A stretch of DNA of 64,000 bases from Candidatus Poribacteria bacterium (GCA_963666175.2 CAXXTN010000007.1:15041-79040), one strand, 5' to 3'; shown: positions 47,135-57,986, counted from the stretch's first letter. Notes: generated by a model not told the origin, from the sequence alone. Program-made: numbers and translations.

Positions 47135-48161
47135 CCGGTTGGTGCGGTTTCCTAACCGCACTATAGGCGTCAATTTAGCAATTACCCAACCCCGCTTCCA
47201 TTGTTGGAGTGGTTTCTAACCACGATTATGTGGCTTTTCCATTGTTGGAGGGGTTTGTAACCCCGATTATCAGGTTTTTGCTCAAAAAATCGGGGTTACA
47301 AACCCCTCCAACAAATGCGGTTATCCTTAAATTGACGCCTATGGTGCGGTTTCCTAACCGCACCAACCGGTGTCTATTTAGTGGTTTCTAGTTGTCTGAT
47401 ATTGATGCCTTCAGTCCCGTAGGGACGATATATTTATAGAAGACGTTATCCCCATCCTTCTTGAGTTCCGTAGGAACGGAATGTCTATACTTTGTTTGGG
47501 TTATCCACATTCCGTTCCTACGGAACTCAAGAGATTCATTGCTCTGTTTTCTATAAACATCGCGTCCCTACGGGACTGAGGACACTAATAAAATGGATTG
47601 ATCTTCTTAAATTGACGCTCAAATAACTAAGAATTCGTAGGCGGGGAATGCCAAATGGCATTCATACCCGGGGAACGCCAAAGGGCGTTCCATAGGCGTC
47701 AATTTAAGGATATATTTATCTGTGAAGGATTTTGGATGTCTATTTTTATCATACACACCTTTCGCACCGCTGGTGCTTGGTTTCTTGTGGTCAACATTTT
47801 CTATACACCTTTCGCACCGCTGGTGCTGATATGCGATTTATAAAAGCCTCAGAGAGGCGACAGGTGTATAGCACGTAATATCAACACGGACGAAAGCCCC
47901 AGCGGGGCGACAGGTGTATAAAATGCACAAACTTTACTCACTAAATTGACGCCTATGGGGAACGCCAAAGGGCGTTCATACCGTTGATTTCTTGATTTGG
48001 CGCTTTGTAAACGCGCCTACTTCGGGTTGTGGTTGTTAAATTGATGCCTATGCCAGAATACGCCAAATCAACGGTATGAATCATGGAGCATGCCGCACGC
48101 GCATGCTTCTTTAGGCATTCCCCGTGTGGTATTCTGCATTGGTTAGGAAACCGTACCTACC
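47135..48161. repeat. ~1-kb BIME-like cluster of nested palindromic elements between WD40 paralogs
   Basis: It contains a fully nested 244-bp palindrome (47135-47378) and a 167-bp element with cagtcccgtagggacgatat TIRs (47412-47578). It also contains aaattgacgc...gcgtcaattt units (47609-47705, ~47941-48045) and a 2+2 inverted 26-nt array (47753-47920). The terminal unit is ggttaggaaaccgtacctacc. Confidence 0.85.
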
Positions 48162-48752
48162 GACTTGTGTACTAACATTGAGTAAATCTCTATTTTGGAA
48201 AATACTTAGAACTAAATAGCCCTGCTTCATAACCCATTGTTTATGACGCATTCCTCTCTTTTCAATTACCTCATCCCTGTTGACTATGGCATAAGTCTGT
48301 CCTATTTGCAAAATCCAGAATATTCTCAAGTTCTATTCCTTCTAAATGCACTAATCTGTGCAGCATGCTAATTGTATGCACATTTTGGTGCAGAATGACT
48401 ATTTCCAATAGCAATTCTGATAAATAAGACTTTAGAATGCAATTGTAGGTTCACACTGCGGGAAGAATGTAGGAGAGGTAATGAATTCAGCGAAAACAAA
48501 TGTGTCTTCAGTTAATGAGAAGTAGCGAATTAGAAGTCAGTAATATGGCAACTGGCATAAGATTTGCTATGATTATGTAGGAGTTCGCGTTCATTTTGAA
48601 TTGACAAGTTTGATAAAAAGCGGATGTTAACTTCTAATAATATTCCTTAGTAGGTCATCCTTAGAACTAAATTGTCCTGACTCTTACAATCTCTCAGCAG
48701 GAGACTAATCTGCAACGCGTTGGGTGGTCATACGAAAAGAGGAGACATAGTT

Positions 48753-51284
48753 ATGAGAACATTACATCTATCAATTGCATTATGTATTTCCATTCTTGTT
48801 TTTCTTCCCTCAAATGCCTTTGCTGAAGATTATTCTAACTGGAGTTTGCCAGAGGGGGCAAAATTACGTATTGGCAAAGGAAGTGTGGGTAGTTTACGGT
48901 TTTCAGATGATGGCAATCGACTAATTGTTGGTGGTAGTATAGGTTATTGGATATATGACGCGCATTCTGGTGTGGAACTTGATTTAATTCCAGCGAATCC
49001 AAATAACATAATTGGCATGAGTCCTCATGGACAAATGTATGTAGAAAGAACTCTTGACCATACAGTAAATGTCCGAAATTTATCAGATCGTAGCGTCATA
49101 ACAACTTTACAAGGGGATAATTCTGATATCTATTATGTGCGATTTAATCTTGAAAAGAACATACTTGCAAGTGACATTGGTGGTGAAATACGTGTATGGG
49201 ATCTTAGCACAGGTGAACTAAAGACCTCTATTGATTTAGAAACAGATTGGATATATGATGTTGTCTTGAGTCCAGATGGAACAAAACTTGCGAGCATCAG
49301 TAAAGATTCAGATGATCGTGTATTTCAATTATGGGATGTCGCTACAGGTTCACATATAACCACATTATCCACATTTGCGTTCAATATTCGCGAGCTTGTT
49401 TTCACTCCCGACAGCAATATGATTATAAGTGGAAGTGAAAATTCTATCCAATTTTGGGATATTGCTGCTGGGAAAAGAACCCTTAATTTCAGGACTCCAT
49501 ACTTTCATAAACTTGCTGTAAGTCCAGATGGAAACAAACTTGTGACTCGTGGTCAAGGAGGATTACATTTTTGGGACATAGAAACAGGGAATTATCTTGC
49601 TAATTTTGGTGAACATCAGTTGGGATGTTGTTCTATTGCATTTAGTCCAGATGGAAAAACGTTGGCAAGTGGTGGTGGTGGGAGTAGTGAACTGTATCTG
49701 TGGGATATAGCAAGTGGTGATCGTAAGTTAACGATTTTTGGACATATAAAAGGGGTTGCGAGTTTAGCAATCAGTCCAAATGGTAATATCCTCGCCTCAT
49801 CAAATTGGGATAACATCCACTTTTGGGATCCTAACACAGGTGAATACAAGCAGATGATATATGGACGTGGACGGCACTCATATCATACTAATTTAGTTTT
49901 CAGTCCCGATGGAAACACACTTGCCAGTATAGATTATGGGGCAATTCACCTTTGGGATATTTCAAACAAAACACAAATAACGACCATTTATAGTTGGTAT
50001 GGACATGGACCTGGACCGGAAAACCCACCTACATCATCAGACGGATATAACTCAGTTGCCTTTAGTCCAGATGGTCAATACATTGCCTCTGGACATGGTG
50101 ATAATACAATACATTTTTGGTATAAAGGACGAACCTATATAGACGTGCTTAAAGGACATACTGACAAAGTAACTTCAATTGCATTCTTTAATGATAGTCA
50201 CATGCTTGTTAGTGGCAGCCATGATGGCACAGTACGTTTATGGGATTTTAATTCCCGAACAAATTTAGAAACTTTTACCGGACATACAGATAAGATTAAT
50301 TCTATTGCATTAAGTCCAGATGACAGTATTGTTGCAAGTGGAAGTGATAATAATACGATTATTATAAGGGATATTACAACTGGTCATCAGAAGGTAATAC
50401 AGACAGATCATACTGAGGGGGTACACGAACTTACATTTAGTATTGATGGGAAGACACTTGTCAGTTGTGGAAATTGGAAGGATTCGATCATACAGATATG
50501 GGATGTTACCAATGCAGAATTGATTACAAACATCACAACACATACTTATGGAGGTGGCGTAGTTGACTTTAGTCCTGATGGTAGAACTCTAATAAGTGGG
50601 AGTCGTGATGGAACTATTCTGTTTTGGGATTACAATCAGTTAATTGGTGATGATGTTGAAACACAAGAAATAGCTGAAGATGCGAATCGTGATGGCATTA
50701 TAAATCTTCAGGACTTGATTTTTGTTGCGTCCCAATTTGGAGAAGTCGGAAATTCCAATACAGCTGATGTCAATGGGGATGGCGTTATCAATATCGCGGA
50801 TATCCTACTAGTTGCTGCTGCACTTGCTAATGAGAATGCAGCACCATCTAATTATTCTAAATTAGATAACGTATTAGATGCTGCAGTAGTTGAACAATGG
50901 TTAATTCAAGCACAACGTCTCAACAGGAATATACCGAAATTCCAGATAGGTATTGCAGTTCTTAGGCAACTATTAGCTGCGATGACACCAGAAAAGACGA
51001 TGCTTTTGGCTAACTATCCAAACCCATTCAATCCTGAAACTTGGATACCGTATCAGTTAGCAGAGCATGCGGATGTAACACTACGCATCTATTCTTCTGA
51101 TGGACAGTTGATTCGGACAATAGCATTGGGTAATCAATCTTCTGGGATGTATCAGAATCGTAGCCGGGCAGCATATTGGGATAGCAACAATGAAAATGGT
51201 GAACCTGTCGCAAGCGGAGTCTATTTCTATACACTAACTGCTGGGAACTTCACAGCAACACGTCGAATGGTCATACGAAAATAG
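48753..51284 (+). CDS. Secreted multi-WD40 protein with dockerin pair and T9SS-type CTD
   Basis: I place the start at MRTLHLSIAL (signal peptide ...SNAFAEDY). It has more divergent WD40 units. The C-terminal region reads DANRDGIINLQDLIFV / DVNGDGVINIADILLV and NYPNPFNPETWIPYQL...FTATRRMVIRK. Confidence 0.9.
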   Translation: MRTLHLSIALCISILVFLPSNAFAEDYSNWSLPEGAKLRIGKGSVGSLRFSDDGNRLIVGGSIGYWIYDAHSGVELDLIPANPNNIIGMSPHGQMYVERTLDHTVNVRNLSDRSVITTLQGDNSDIYYVRFNLEKNILASDIGGEIRVWDLSTGELKTSIDLETDWIYDVVLSPDGTKLASISKDSDDRVFQLWDVATGSHITTLSTFAFNIRELVFTPDSNMIISGSENSIQFWDIAAGKRTLNFRTPYFHKLAVSPDGNKLVTRGQGGLHFWDIETGNYLANFGEHQLGCCSIAFSPDGKTLASGGGGSSELYLWDIASGDRKLTIFGHIKGVASLAISPNGNILASSNWDNIHFWDPNTGEYKQMIYGRGRHSYHTNLVFSPDGNTLASIDYGAIHLWDISNKTQITTIYSWYGHGPGPENPPTSSDGYNSVAFSPDGQYIASGHGDNTIHFWYKGRTYIDVLKGHTDKVTSIAFFNDSHMLVSGSHDGTVRLWDFNSRTNLETFTGHTDKINSIALSPDDSIVASGSDNNTIIIRDITTGHQKVIQTDHTEGVHELTFSIDGKTLVSCGNWKDSIIQIWDVTNAELITNITTHTYGGGVVDFSPDGRTLISGSRDGTILFWDYNQLIGDDVETQEIAEDANRDGIINLQDLIFVASQFGEVGNSNTADVNGDGVINIADILLVAAALANENAAPSNYSKLDNVLDAAVVEQWLIQAQRLNRNIPKFQIGIAVLRQLLAAMTPEKTMLLANYPNPFNPETWIPYQLAEHADVTLRIYSSDGQLIRTIALGNQSSGMYQNRSRAAYWDSNNENGEPVASGVYFYTLTAGNFTATRRMVIRK

Positions 51285-51294
51285 GAGGTAAGAA

Positions 51295-53844
51295 ATGAAG
51301 ACAACACGATACATTATTATACTGATTGTTCTGTTTTCAACTATCTTTTCATCAAGTGCTTTATCGCAAGATTACATGCAGTGGGGTTTGCCAGAAGGTG
51401 CGAAAATGCGTATTGGTAAAGGGGAGATATACGGTAAAATCGCTTTCTCTCCAGATAGTTCTTTACTGGCAGCCGCAAGTTCTATCGGTGTCTGGATTTA
51501 TGATGGACATACGGGAGAAGAACTCAAATTGCTAACAGCAGATTTAGATTATTACTCAAACCTTGCCTTCAGTCCCAATGGTAAAACTGTTGCGTGTAAT
51601 AATTCCAACGAAGTTTATTTATGGGATGTTGACACTGGTAGTCTCAAACTGACAATATCTGATCATAGTCGACCTATTTCAGGTATAACATTCAATCCGA
51701 ATGGCGAAACGTTCGCGACAGGTGGTAATTATGACAAAGATGGCACGATCAAATTTTGGGAAGTCTCAACGGGGACATTAATCAGTACAATCGTTGCTCA
51801 TGATCGTAGTATTAGAACCATCACCTTCAGTCCAGATGGAACGAATCTGGCAAGTATCGGCTATGAAGGTGAAATTACAACGATGAAATTATGGGATGTT
51901 GAAACAAATGAACTCAAAACATCTTTCATTTTGGCAGAAGATAGGTTTCCATACGATACTGAAATTGCATTTAGTCCGGACGGTAACACGATTGCCACTT
52001 GTGGTGGAAGATGGACAGCACATATTTTCCTTTGGGATATAGCAAGTGGTTCACTAAAAGACACCCTGATAGGACATACAGGTGGTGTCTTCGATATTGC
52101 ATTCAGTCCAGATGGGAGCACACTTGCAAGTGGTAGTTTTGATAAAACAGTCTGTCTGTGGGATGTTTCTACAGGTGACCATAAATCTACAATCATTGCA
52201 CATACTGACTACATTACGAGTGTTGCATACAGTCCTGATGGATCTACATTAGCAAGTTATGGTCAGGATGGAACTATCATTCTGTGGGATACAGAGGATT
52301 TTGAACAGAGAACAACAATCACTGGACATATTTCAGGTTACCCAAGGATAGCATTTAGTCCAGATGGAAACACAATTGTAAGTGGAAGTAGTGATAAAAC
52401 CTTGAGACTATGGGATACTACAACAGGTAGAAATATAAAATCATTTGTTGGACATATAGGTCCAGTTATTTCCATTGACTTTAGTCCAGATGGACGGACT
52501 ATAGCAAGTAGCGGAGGAACTGTTGTTGGTGATAGATGGTTCGCTGAAGACTACCCGATTAGGTTATGGGATGTTTCCTCTGGTTCTCAGATAGCAACAA
52601 TAATTGGCCATGAGAGAGATACTTACCGTGTCAACTTTAGTCCGGATGGAGGGTTACTCACGACTTACGCAACTGACAGAAAACCGATTTTTTGGGATGC
52701 AACCACAGGCAATTATCTATGGACATTCACGGGAAATTGGGAAGATGTTGGGTCTATGGCATTCAGTCCAGATGGACAGAAAATCGTGTATGGAAATACC
52801 GATGGTATATACCTATGGGATATAATTAGTCGGAAACAAATTGCAAAATACAATGGTTCTATACCTAAAACCACCAACATCGTTATTAGTCCTGATGGGA
52901 ACACTATTGCTGCCGGTGGTAATGGTCAGGAAGTGCATCTGTGGAAGGTATATACTGGAGAAAGAAGAACCTTTATGACAGGGCATGAGGGTCTATTTAA
53001 AACAGTACTTTTCAGTCCAGATGGAGAAACCATCATAACTGCTGGTGGATGGGAAGATGGAAGACTGCAATTTTGGGATCCGGAAACTGGTGTTTTCAAA
53101 TTTATGTTACGCATGCCACTCGGTGTATATAGGTTAGCATTTAGTCCATATGGTAAGACACTTGCTTCATCGCACGAAGGTGGTACAATACTTCTTTGGG
53201 ACTATGCGTCCTTCTTCAACACAACAAGACATGCAGCAGATGTCAACAACGACGGTGTTGTCGATATAAATGACTTAGTAGTGGTTGCTGCAAATTTTGG
53301 GAAAACTGGAATAAACGATGCGGATGTGAATGGAGATGGAGTCGTTGACATAGCGGATCTAATTTTAGTGGCAGGTGCTATTGAAAATGCAGCTGCTACA
53401 CCTTCCACTTTACGTTTTAATAGTGAGTTTTCTCTCACAAAATCTATTGTGCAAGGCTGGCTGACACAAACCCAAGAACTTGACATATCTGATGTAGGAA
53501 TGCAAAAAGGAGTTCAATTTCTTGAACAATTATTACTCGCATTTACTCCACAGAAAACCACACTACTTCCCAACTATCCAAATCCATTTAATCCTGAAAC
53601 TTGGATACCGTATCAGCTGTCCGAGTTATCGACTGTGACGATAGAGATATATTCATCTGAAGGACAGTTGATACGAACTTTAGATATTGGAGAAAGGACT
53701 GCAGGACAATATCAAAACAAAGGGCGCGCTGCCTATTGGAATGGAAAAAATGAGTCAGGTGAACCTGTCGCAAGTGGTGTGTATTTCTATACGTTAACTG
53801 CTGGACAGTATTCTGCGACGCGTAAAATGTTGATACGGAAATAA
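51295..53844 (+). CDS. Secreted multi-WD40 protein with dockerin pair and T9SS-type CTD
   Basis: AGGAGG lies 6 nt upstream of the ATG, and the start is 10 nt after the previous stop. It has a signal peptide and WD40 units. The C-terminal region reads DVNNDGVVDINDLVVV / DVNGDGVVDIADLILV and NYPNPFNPETWIPYQL...YSATRKMLIRK. Confidence 0.9.
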   Translation: MKTTRYIIILIVLFSTIFSSSALSQDYMQWGLPEGAKMRIGKGEIYGKIAFSPDSSLLAAASSIGVWIYDGHTGEELKLLTADLDYYSNLAFSPNGKTVACNNSNEVYLWDVDTGSLKLTISDHSRPISGITFNPNGETFATGGNYDKDGTIKFWEVSTGTLISTIVAHDRSIRTITFSPDGTNLASIGYEGEITTMKLWDVETNELKTSFILAEDRFPYDTEIAFSPDGNTIATCGGRWTAHIFLWDIASGSLKDTLIGHTGGVFDIAFSPDGSTLASGSFDKTVCLWDVSTGDHKSTIIAHTDYITSVAYSPDGSTLASYGQDGTIILWDTEDFEQRTTITGHISGYPRIAFSPDGNTIVSGSSDKTLRLWDTTTGRNIKSFVGHIGPVISIDFSPDGRTIASSGGTVVGDRWFAEDYPIRLWDVSSGSQIATIIGHERDTYRVNFSPDGGLLTTYATDRKPIFWDATTGNYLWTFTGNWEDVGSMAFSPDGQKIVYGNTDGIYLWDIISRKQIAKYNGSIPKTTNIVISPDGNTIAAGGNGQEVHLWKVYTGERRTFMTGHEGLFKTVLFSPDGETIITAGGWEDGRLQFWDPETGVFKFMLRMPLGVYRLAFSPYGKTLASSHEGGTILLWDYASFFNTTRHAADVNNDGVVDINDLVVVAANFGKTGINDADVNGDGVVDIADLILVAGAIENAAATPSTLRFNSEFSLTKSIVQGWLTQTQELDISDVGMQKGVQFLEQLLLAFTPQKTTLLPNYPNPFNPETWIPYQLSELSTVTIEIYSSEGQLIRTLDIGERTAGQYQNKGRAAYWNGKNESGEPVASGVYFYTLTAGQYSATRKMLIRK

Positions 53845-53960
53845 TTATAATTGCAGAATTGAGATGGCATATCTTTGTGTCTGTCCACTATTGTTAACAT
53901 TCTCATCTAATAAATCGGGGTTACAGTCACTCCAACCTATAATAGGTGGCAACTTGGTAT

Positions 53961-54659
53961 CTATAGTAAAGCGTCTGCCAATTCGGTAAAATCATTCACT
54001 GTCACATCGGGTTGAAAATGCGTATCCTCATAAGGTAAATCGTAACGGTTGACATACGCACCACTGTATCCACAAGAACGCGCTCCCATGACATCAAACG
54101 AATTTGCTGATACCATCAAGCATTCGTTCACTTCAAGACCTAATCTGCCTGCCGCACAACGATAGACTGCGGGATGTGGTTTGAATGCCCCTACAGATGT
54201 AACTGAGATTACATTGTCAAAATCCCATTCTACTCTTTGCATTACAAGATGATCTAAAAAATCTGGATCTCCGTTAGATAATATGACTAACTTATATTCA
54301 GATTTTAGGCGTTCAAGCGCAGGTAATACCTCTGGAAATGGGGATAGATGCTGCCACCCATGCATAAACTCATCAACAGTATCATTTGAAGTAGCAATTC
54401 CGTTCAGTCTAAGTGTCCAATGAAGTGCACGACGTACCACTTCCAGATATCCACTATGTCCGAGCATCAAGATCGTATCCTGATATTGTTCAATCCGCTG
54501 TCTATGTCGCCACTGTTCCCAAAAGGCATCAGCAGTTATCTTTTTAAAATCACGAACATCTAAAGATTCATGGATGAAGGGTATTAGATTTCCACCTAAA
54601 TCTAATATTGTACCAAATAAATCAAAGGTAAGTACTTTTGTGTTATTGATTTTAGTCAT
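53961..54659 (-). CDS. HAD-superfamily hydrolase (type II haloacid dehalogenase-like)
   Basis: Motif I is LTFDLFGTILD and motif IV is ILSNGD. I prefer the start at MTKINNTK; the track extends to 54686. Confidence 0.65.
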   Translation of the reverse strand: MTKINNTKVLTFDLFGTILDLGGNLIPFIHESLDVRDFKKITADAFWEQWRHRQRIEQYQDTILMLGHSGYLEVVRRALHWTLRLNGIATSNDTVDEFMHGWQHLSPFPEVLPALERLKSEYKLVILSNGDPDFLDHLVMQRVEWDFDNVISVTSVGAFKPHPAVYRCAAGRLGLEVNECLMVSANSFDVMGARSCGYSGAYVNRYDLPYEDTHFQPDVTVNDFTELADALL

Positions 54660-54683
54660 AATATATCCATAAATGTGTATCAC

Positions 54684-54813
54684 CATTTGTTGGAGGGTGT
54701 GTCAACACGATTTGTAAAACCTAAACTGTAAATCGTGGTTGGTAACCCCTCCAACAAATGATAAATTGTGGTTGCAAACCACTCCAACAATGGTCAGATT
54801 CTTAAATTGACAC
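54684..54813. repeat. REP-like hairpin pair (GTTGGAG-headed units)
   Basis: One hairpin is catttgttggaggg...cccctccaacaaatg. The inverted unit attgtggttgcaaaccactccaacaatgg and cttaaattgac follow. All are shared with the 47.2-kb and 25.9-kb repeats. Confidence 0.65.
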
Positions 54814-54816
54814 TTG

Positions 54817-55842
54817 TTATGTTAATTCAACTGTTTTTCCTGTTGCCATTGCCTCAAATGCTGCGTCAATCACACGCATCTGATTGATGCAACTTTCTGG
54901 TGAAATACGGTGCGGCTGTCCGGTTTTCAAACATTCACACATGTGCTCAAGCTGCATTGCGAACTGATTAACAGGATCAATATCTATCACTTGATGGCCT
55001 TCTCTGTTCTGTAGAACAATTTTGACAGGAGAACCTCCATTATTCCATGCAGCATCAATGCGAAGCATGCCACCTAAACCAGTCATTTCAGCATATTGAC
55101 CACCAGCACAATTGAAACCAGTAGAAATCTGGGCAGTCTTTTCATCAGGAAAAACTAAGAGTAAGTATGAGGCATCATCAACTTCCAATCCTGCTTGTGA
55201 TGCGCCTGATACCCGAATCGGTTCTGCCCCGAACATAAACCGAGCATGGTGGATATTGTAGCAAGCCAAATCATATATACTACCACCACCCTTCGCTTTA
55301 TTGAACCGCCAATTTGCTTCTGGTTTACGTGTTTCAGCACTGCCTCCTCCACCACCAGTACAAAAGGTACTGCGGAGTGTCATAAATTCACCAATAGCCC
55401 CAGAATCTATTAACTCCTTCGCCTTTATGTGCATCGGATGATGGCGGAACTTAAACGCTTCTGCTACGAGGATTCCGTTGTCTTGTGCTGCACCAACGAA
55501 TGCCTCTGCTTCTGCGGCTGTGGATGTGAACGGTTTCTCACACAGAATTGCTTTCACTTGACGTGACTTTGAAATATGAATTCCGACTTCAGCATGAAAA
55601 GCACCCCACGTACATATTACAGCAATATCCAAATCCTCTTTTTCCAACATCTCATCCAAATCGGTATAACGATTTTCTTCAGGTACATCAAACTGCTCAC
55701 CGAACCCTTTCACTGCACCTTCAGAAACATCACAGATAGCAGCCAATTCAGCACTGGGTGCATGTTGACACGCGCCACCATGTGCACGGGCAATTCCGCC
55801 AGTTCCAACAAGTCCAACTTGGTATATTCCATCTCTTGGCAT
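54817..55842 (-). CDS. Gfo/Idh/MocA family oxidoreductase
   Basis: Contains VGLVGTGGIARAH, AILCEKPF and a typical C-terminal domain. Confidence 0.85.
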   Translation of the reverse strand: MPRDGIYQVGLVGTGGIARAHGGACQHAPSAELAAICDVSEGAVKGFGEQFDVPEENRYTDLDEMLEKEDLDIAVICTWGAFHAEVGIHISKSRQVKAILCEKPFTSTAAEAEAFVGAAQDNGILVAEAFKFRHHPMHIKAKELIDSGAIGEFMTLRSTFCTGGGGGSAETRKPEANWRFNKAKGGGSIYDLACYNIHHARFMFGAEPIRVSGASQAGLEVDDASYLLLVFPDEKTAQISTGFNCAGGQYAEMTGLGGMLRIDAAWNNGGSPVKIVLQNREGHQVIDIDPVNQFAMQLEHMCECLKTGQPHRISPESCINQMRVIDAAFEAMATGKTVELT

Positions 55843-55873
55843 AATTGTTCCCCTCTTTATAAGGTATATGTGA

Positions 55874-56608
55874 CTATAATGTTAGTGAATATCCATTTTC
55901 AACGATAGCTTCTTGTAAAAAACCAAATGGTAATTCACAAGGTCGGTCCACCCGTTTCCAACGTTCAACCGCCTCTGGACGGACAATTATCCGACCTAAC
56001 GGCATATCTAAGAATTCTTCTAATTTTTCAAGTGTTTCATCTTGCTTTAACACAAAATCCTCAAAACGGATTTGAATAATATGTTGCGGTTTTGGTGTAG
56101 CTTTCATCAACTGGTATTGATAGTACCAAGATATTGCGCGTCTTTCGTAGACATCATCAGTCTGTTCATATTCAATGCCAAAGTCGCGTAGATTATCTGT
56201 TTTGTGACTACCTAATATACAATCTCTTGGATCCCGAATCCAATGAATATATTTTATATCAGGAAACATTCTTGTTATCCAAGGGTATACAAGTGTTGTC
56301 TCAGGTATCTTCCATCCTTTGTATGCAGATTTGTCCTGTAACACATCCTTAAGATATGTGTTAATTAACTCCTCAAATTCAGGGTCAATGAACTTCGTGA
56401 AAAGTGGATCGAAATTCCAAGATAATCCTCCTTTCCATTTGACATATTTTGCCATGACTTTGCAGGCGTCGTACATAGTAAAAGGTGGGATCTTATCTCC
56501 AGATGGATTTAGTTGACTTCCCATATAGACCCCGCTTGCATACAATGTATGTGAAATGGCACGCGTGCCAGAATGTCCTCGTCCTATCACTGTGATTATG
56601 GTTTCCAT
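55874..56608 (-). CDS. Sulfotransferase-family protein
   Basis: The N-terminal PAPS 5'-phosphosulfate-binding-type loop is VIGRGHSGTRA. Size is ~240 aa, with a RDPRD segment typical of small bacterial sulfotransferases. Confidence 0.6.
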   Translation of the reverse strand: METIITVIGRGHSGTRAISHTLYASGVYMGSQLNPSGDKIPPFTMYDACKVMAKYVKWKGGLSWNFDPLFTKFIDPEFEELINTYLKDVLQDKSAYKGWKIPETTLVYPWITRMFPDIKYIHWIRDPRDCILGSHKTDNLRDFGIEYEQTDDVYERRAISWYYQYQLMKATPKPQHIIQIRFEDFVLKQDETLEKLEEFLDMPLGRIIVRPEAVERWKRVDRPCELPFGFLQEAIVENGYSLTL

Positions 56609-56831
56609 AGATTCTTATTCAATCCAACAAACTAAGAAATAACTTGCTTATCTCATTCATTTTATGATATAAATTATTAGAGTATATTCCTTGAAGTTAT
56701 CCTCCAAATGAACTATGTTAGTAGATAGTAGAGGAACACTGTCAGAAAACGTCATTTAATTTTAACAGAATTTTGATAGAAAGAAAAGGATTTTTTTGAA
56801 AGTTGACTTTCTAATTGAAAGGGGACCAAAT

Positions 56832-57986
56832 ATGCAGAAGTTGTTTGCGATATTATTTCTATGTGTAATCGTATTTTCATCCTTGAATTGTGATAACGTA
56901 AAAAGGGTTCTGACTCCTAAACCTGAACCGACTATAAAGATAGGTTTTGTTGTTGCTGGTCAACGTGTGACTTATCCGAATGGTGCTGAGATGGCGATTA
57001 CAGAAATCAATCAGCAAGGTGGTCTATTTGACATGCCTGTTGAATTGATAGGTCATATTAACACAGAGGCAGTGTTGGATGATTCTGTCCAACTTGCAGA
57101 GGAACTAATTGTTGAAGACGGGATAGTTGCACTGATTGGTCCTAATCGGTCTTCACATGCTGCAGTAGTAGGACCGGTCGCACAGAAACATCGAATACCG
57201 ATGGTGACGACAACTGCCACCAATCCTGCTGTTACTCAGGCGGGTGATTTTGTTTTCATGGCTTCCTTCACGGACAGTTTTCAAGGTGCTGTCATGGCAC
57301 AATTTGCGAAAATGGAACTCGGTATTGAGACTGCAGCTATCATTACTCGAAAGGGTGATCTCTATACGGAAGGTATTTCTGAGTTCTTTGCTACAAACTT
57401 TAATATGCTCGGAGGAACTGTGGCTATACATGAATTCTATGAAGCAGACACTACAGACTTTACAGACCATCTAACGCGCATTTCTGATATGCAACCTGAT
57501 GCTCTCTTCACTGCAGGTTTTGTTCAAGATATTGCATCCATTACGCAACAAGCACGTGCAATTCCAATGAAGAATTCCGATGGTGAATCGACTATATTTC
57601 TTGGGGCAGATTCTTGGGACAGTATTTTGTTATTTGAAGATGAAAATGCAGAGATAGAAGGAAGTTTCTTCAGTGGACACTTTTCACCAGATACTGATCA
57701 ACCAAATGCACGCGCATTTGTAGACACTTATGAATCAATCTACGAATCCACCCCGACGGGTGGTGTTGCAGTAAGTTACGATGCAGTAAAATTGCTGTTT
57801 GAAGCAATAGAAAGAGCGGGAAGTCTTGATTCAGAAGCAATACGAGATCAACTCGCAGCCACAAAGAACTATGTTGGTGCAACAAATATCGCAAGCTATA
57901 ATGAACTCCGTCAACCCACTAAGAGTGCGGTGATTTTCACTATTAAAGATGGAGAAAAACAGTTCTATATGCAGATTGATCCATAA
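56832..57986 (+). CDS. Type-1 periplasmic binding protein (branched-chain amino acid/LivJ-like ABC substrate-binding protein), orphan
   Basis: The start MQKLFAILFLCVIVFSSLNC gives a signal or lipoprotein-like N-terminus. IKIGFVVAG...GAEMAITEINQQGG...PVELI is the LivJ-family N-terminal pattern. Confidence 0.75.
   Translation: MQKLFAILFLCVIVFSSLNCDNVKRVLTPKPEPTIKIGFVVAGQRVTYPNGAEMAITEINQQGGLFDMPVELIGHINTEAVLDDSVQLAEELIVEDGIVALIGPNRSSHAAVVGPVAQKHRIPMVTTTATNPAVTQAGDFVFMASFTDSFQGAVMAQFAKMELGIETAAIITRKGDLYTEGISEFFATNFNMLGGTVAIHEFYEADTTDFTDHLTRISDMQPDALFTAGFVQDIASITQQARAIPMKNSDGESTIFLGADSWDSILLFEDENAEIEGSFFSGHFSPDTDQPNARAFVDTYESIYESTPTGGVAVSYDAVKLLFEAIERAGSLDSEAIRDQLAATKNYVGATNIASYNELRQPTKSAVIFTIKDGEKQFYMQIDP

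Noticed and set aside
47753-47920. Evenly spaced 26-nt repeats that look superficially like a mini CRISPR array.
   Set aside because: There are only two direct copies, and the other two are inverted complements, giving a nested hairpin. No cas genes are present and the spacers are not unique. This is not a CRISPR array.
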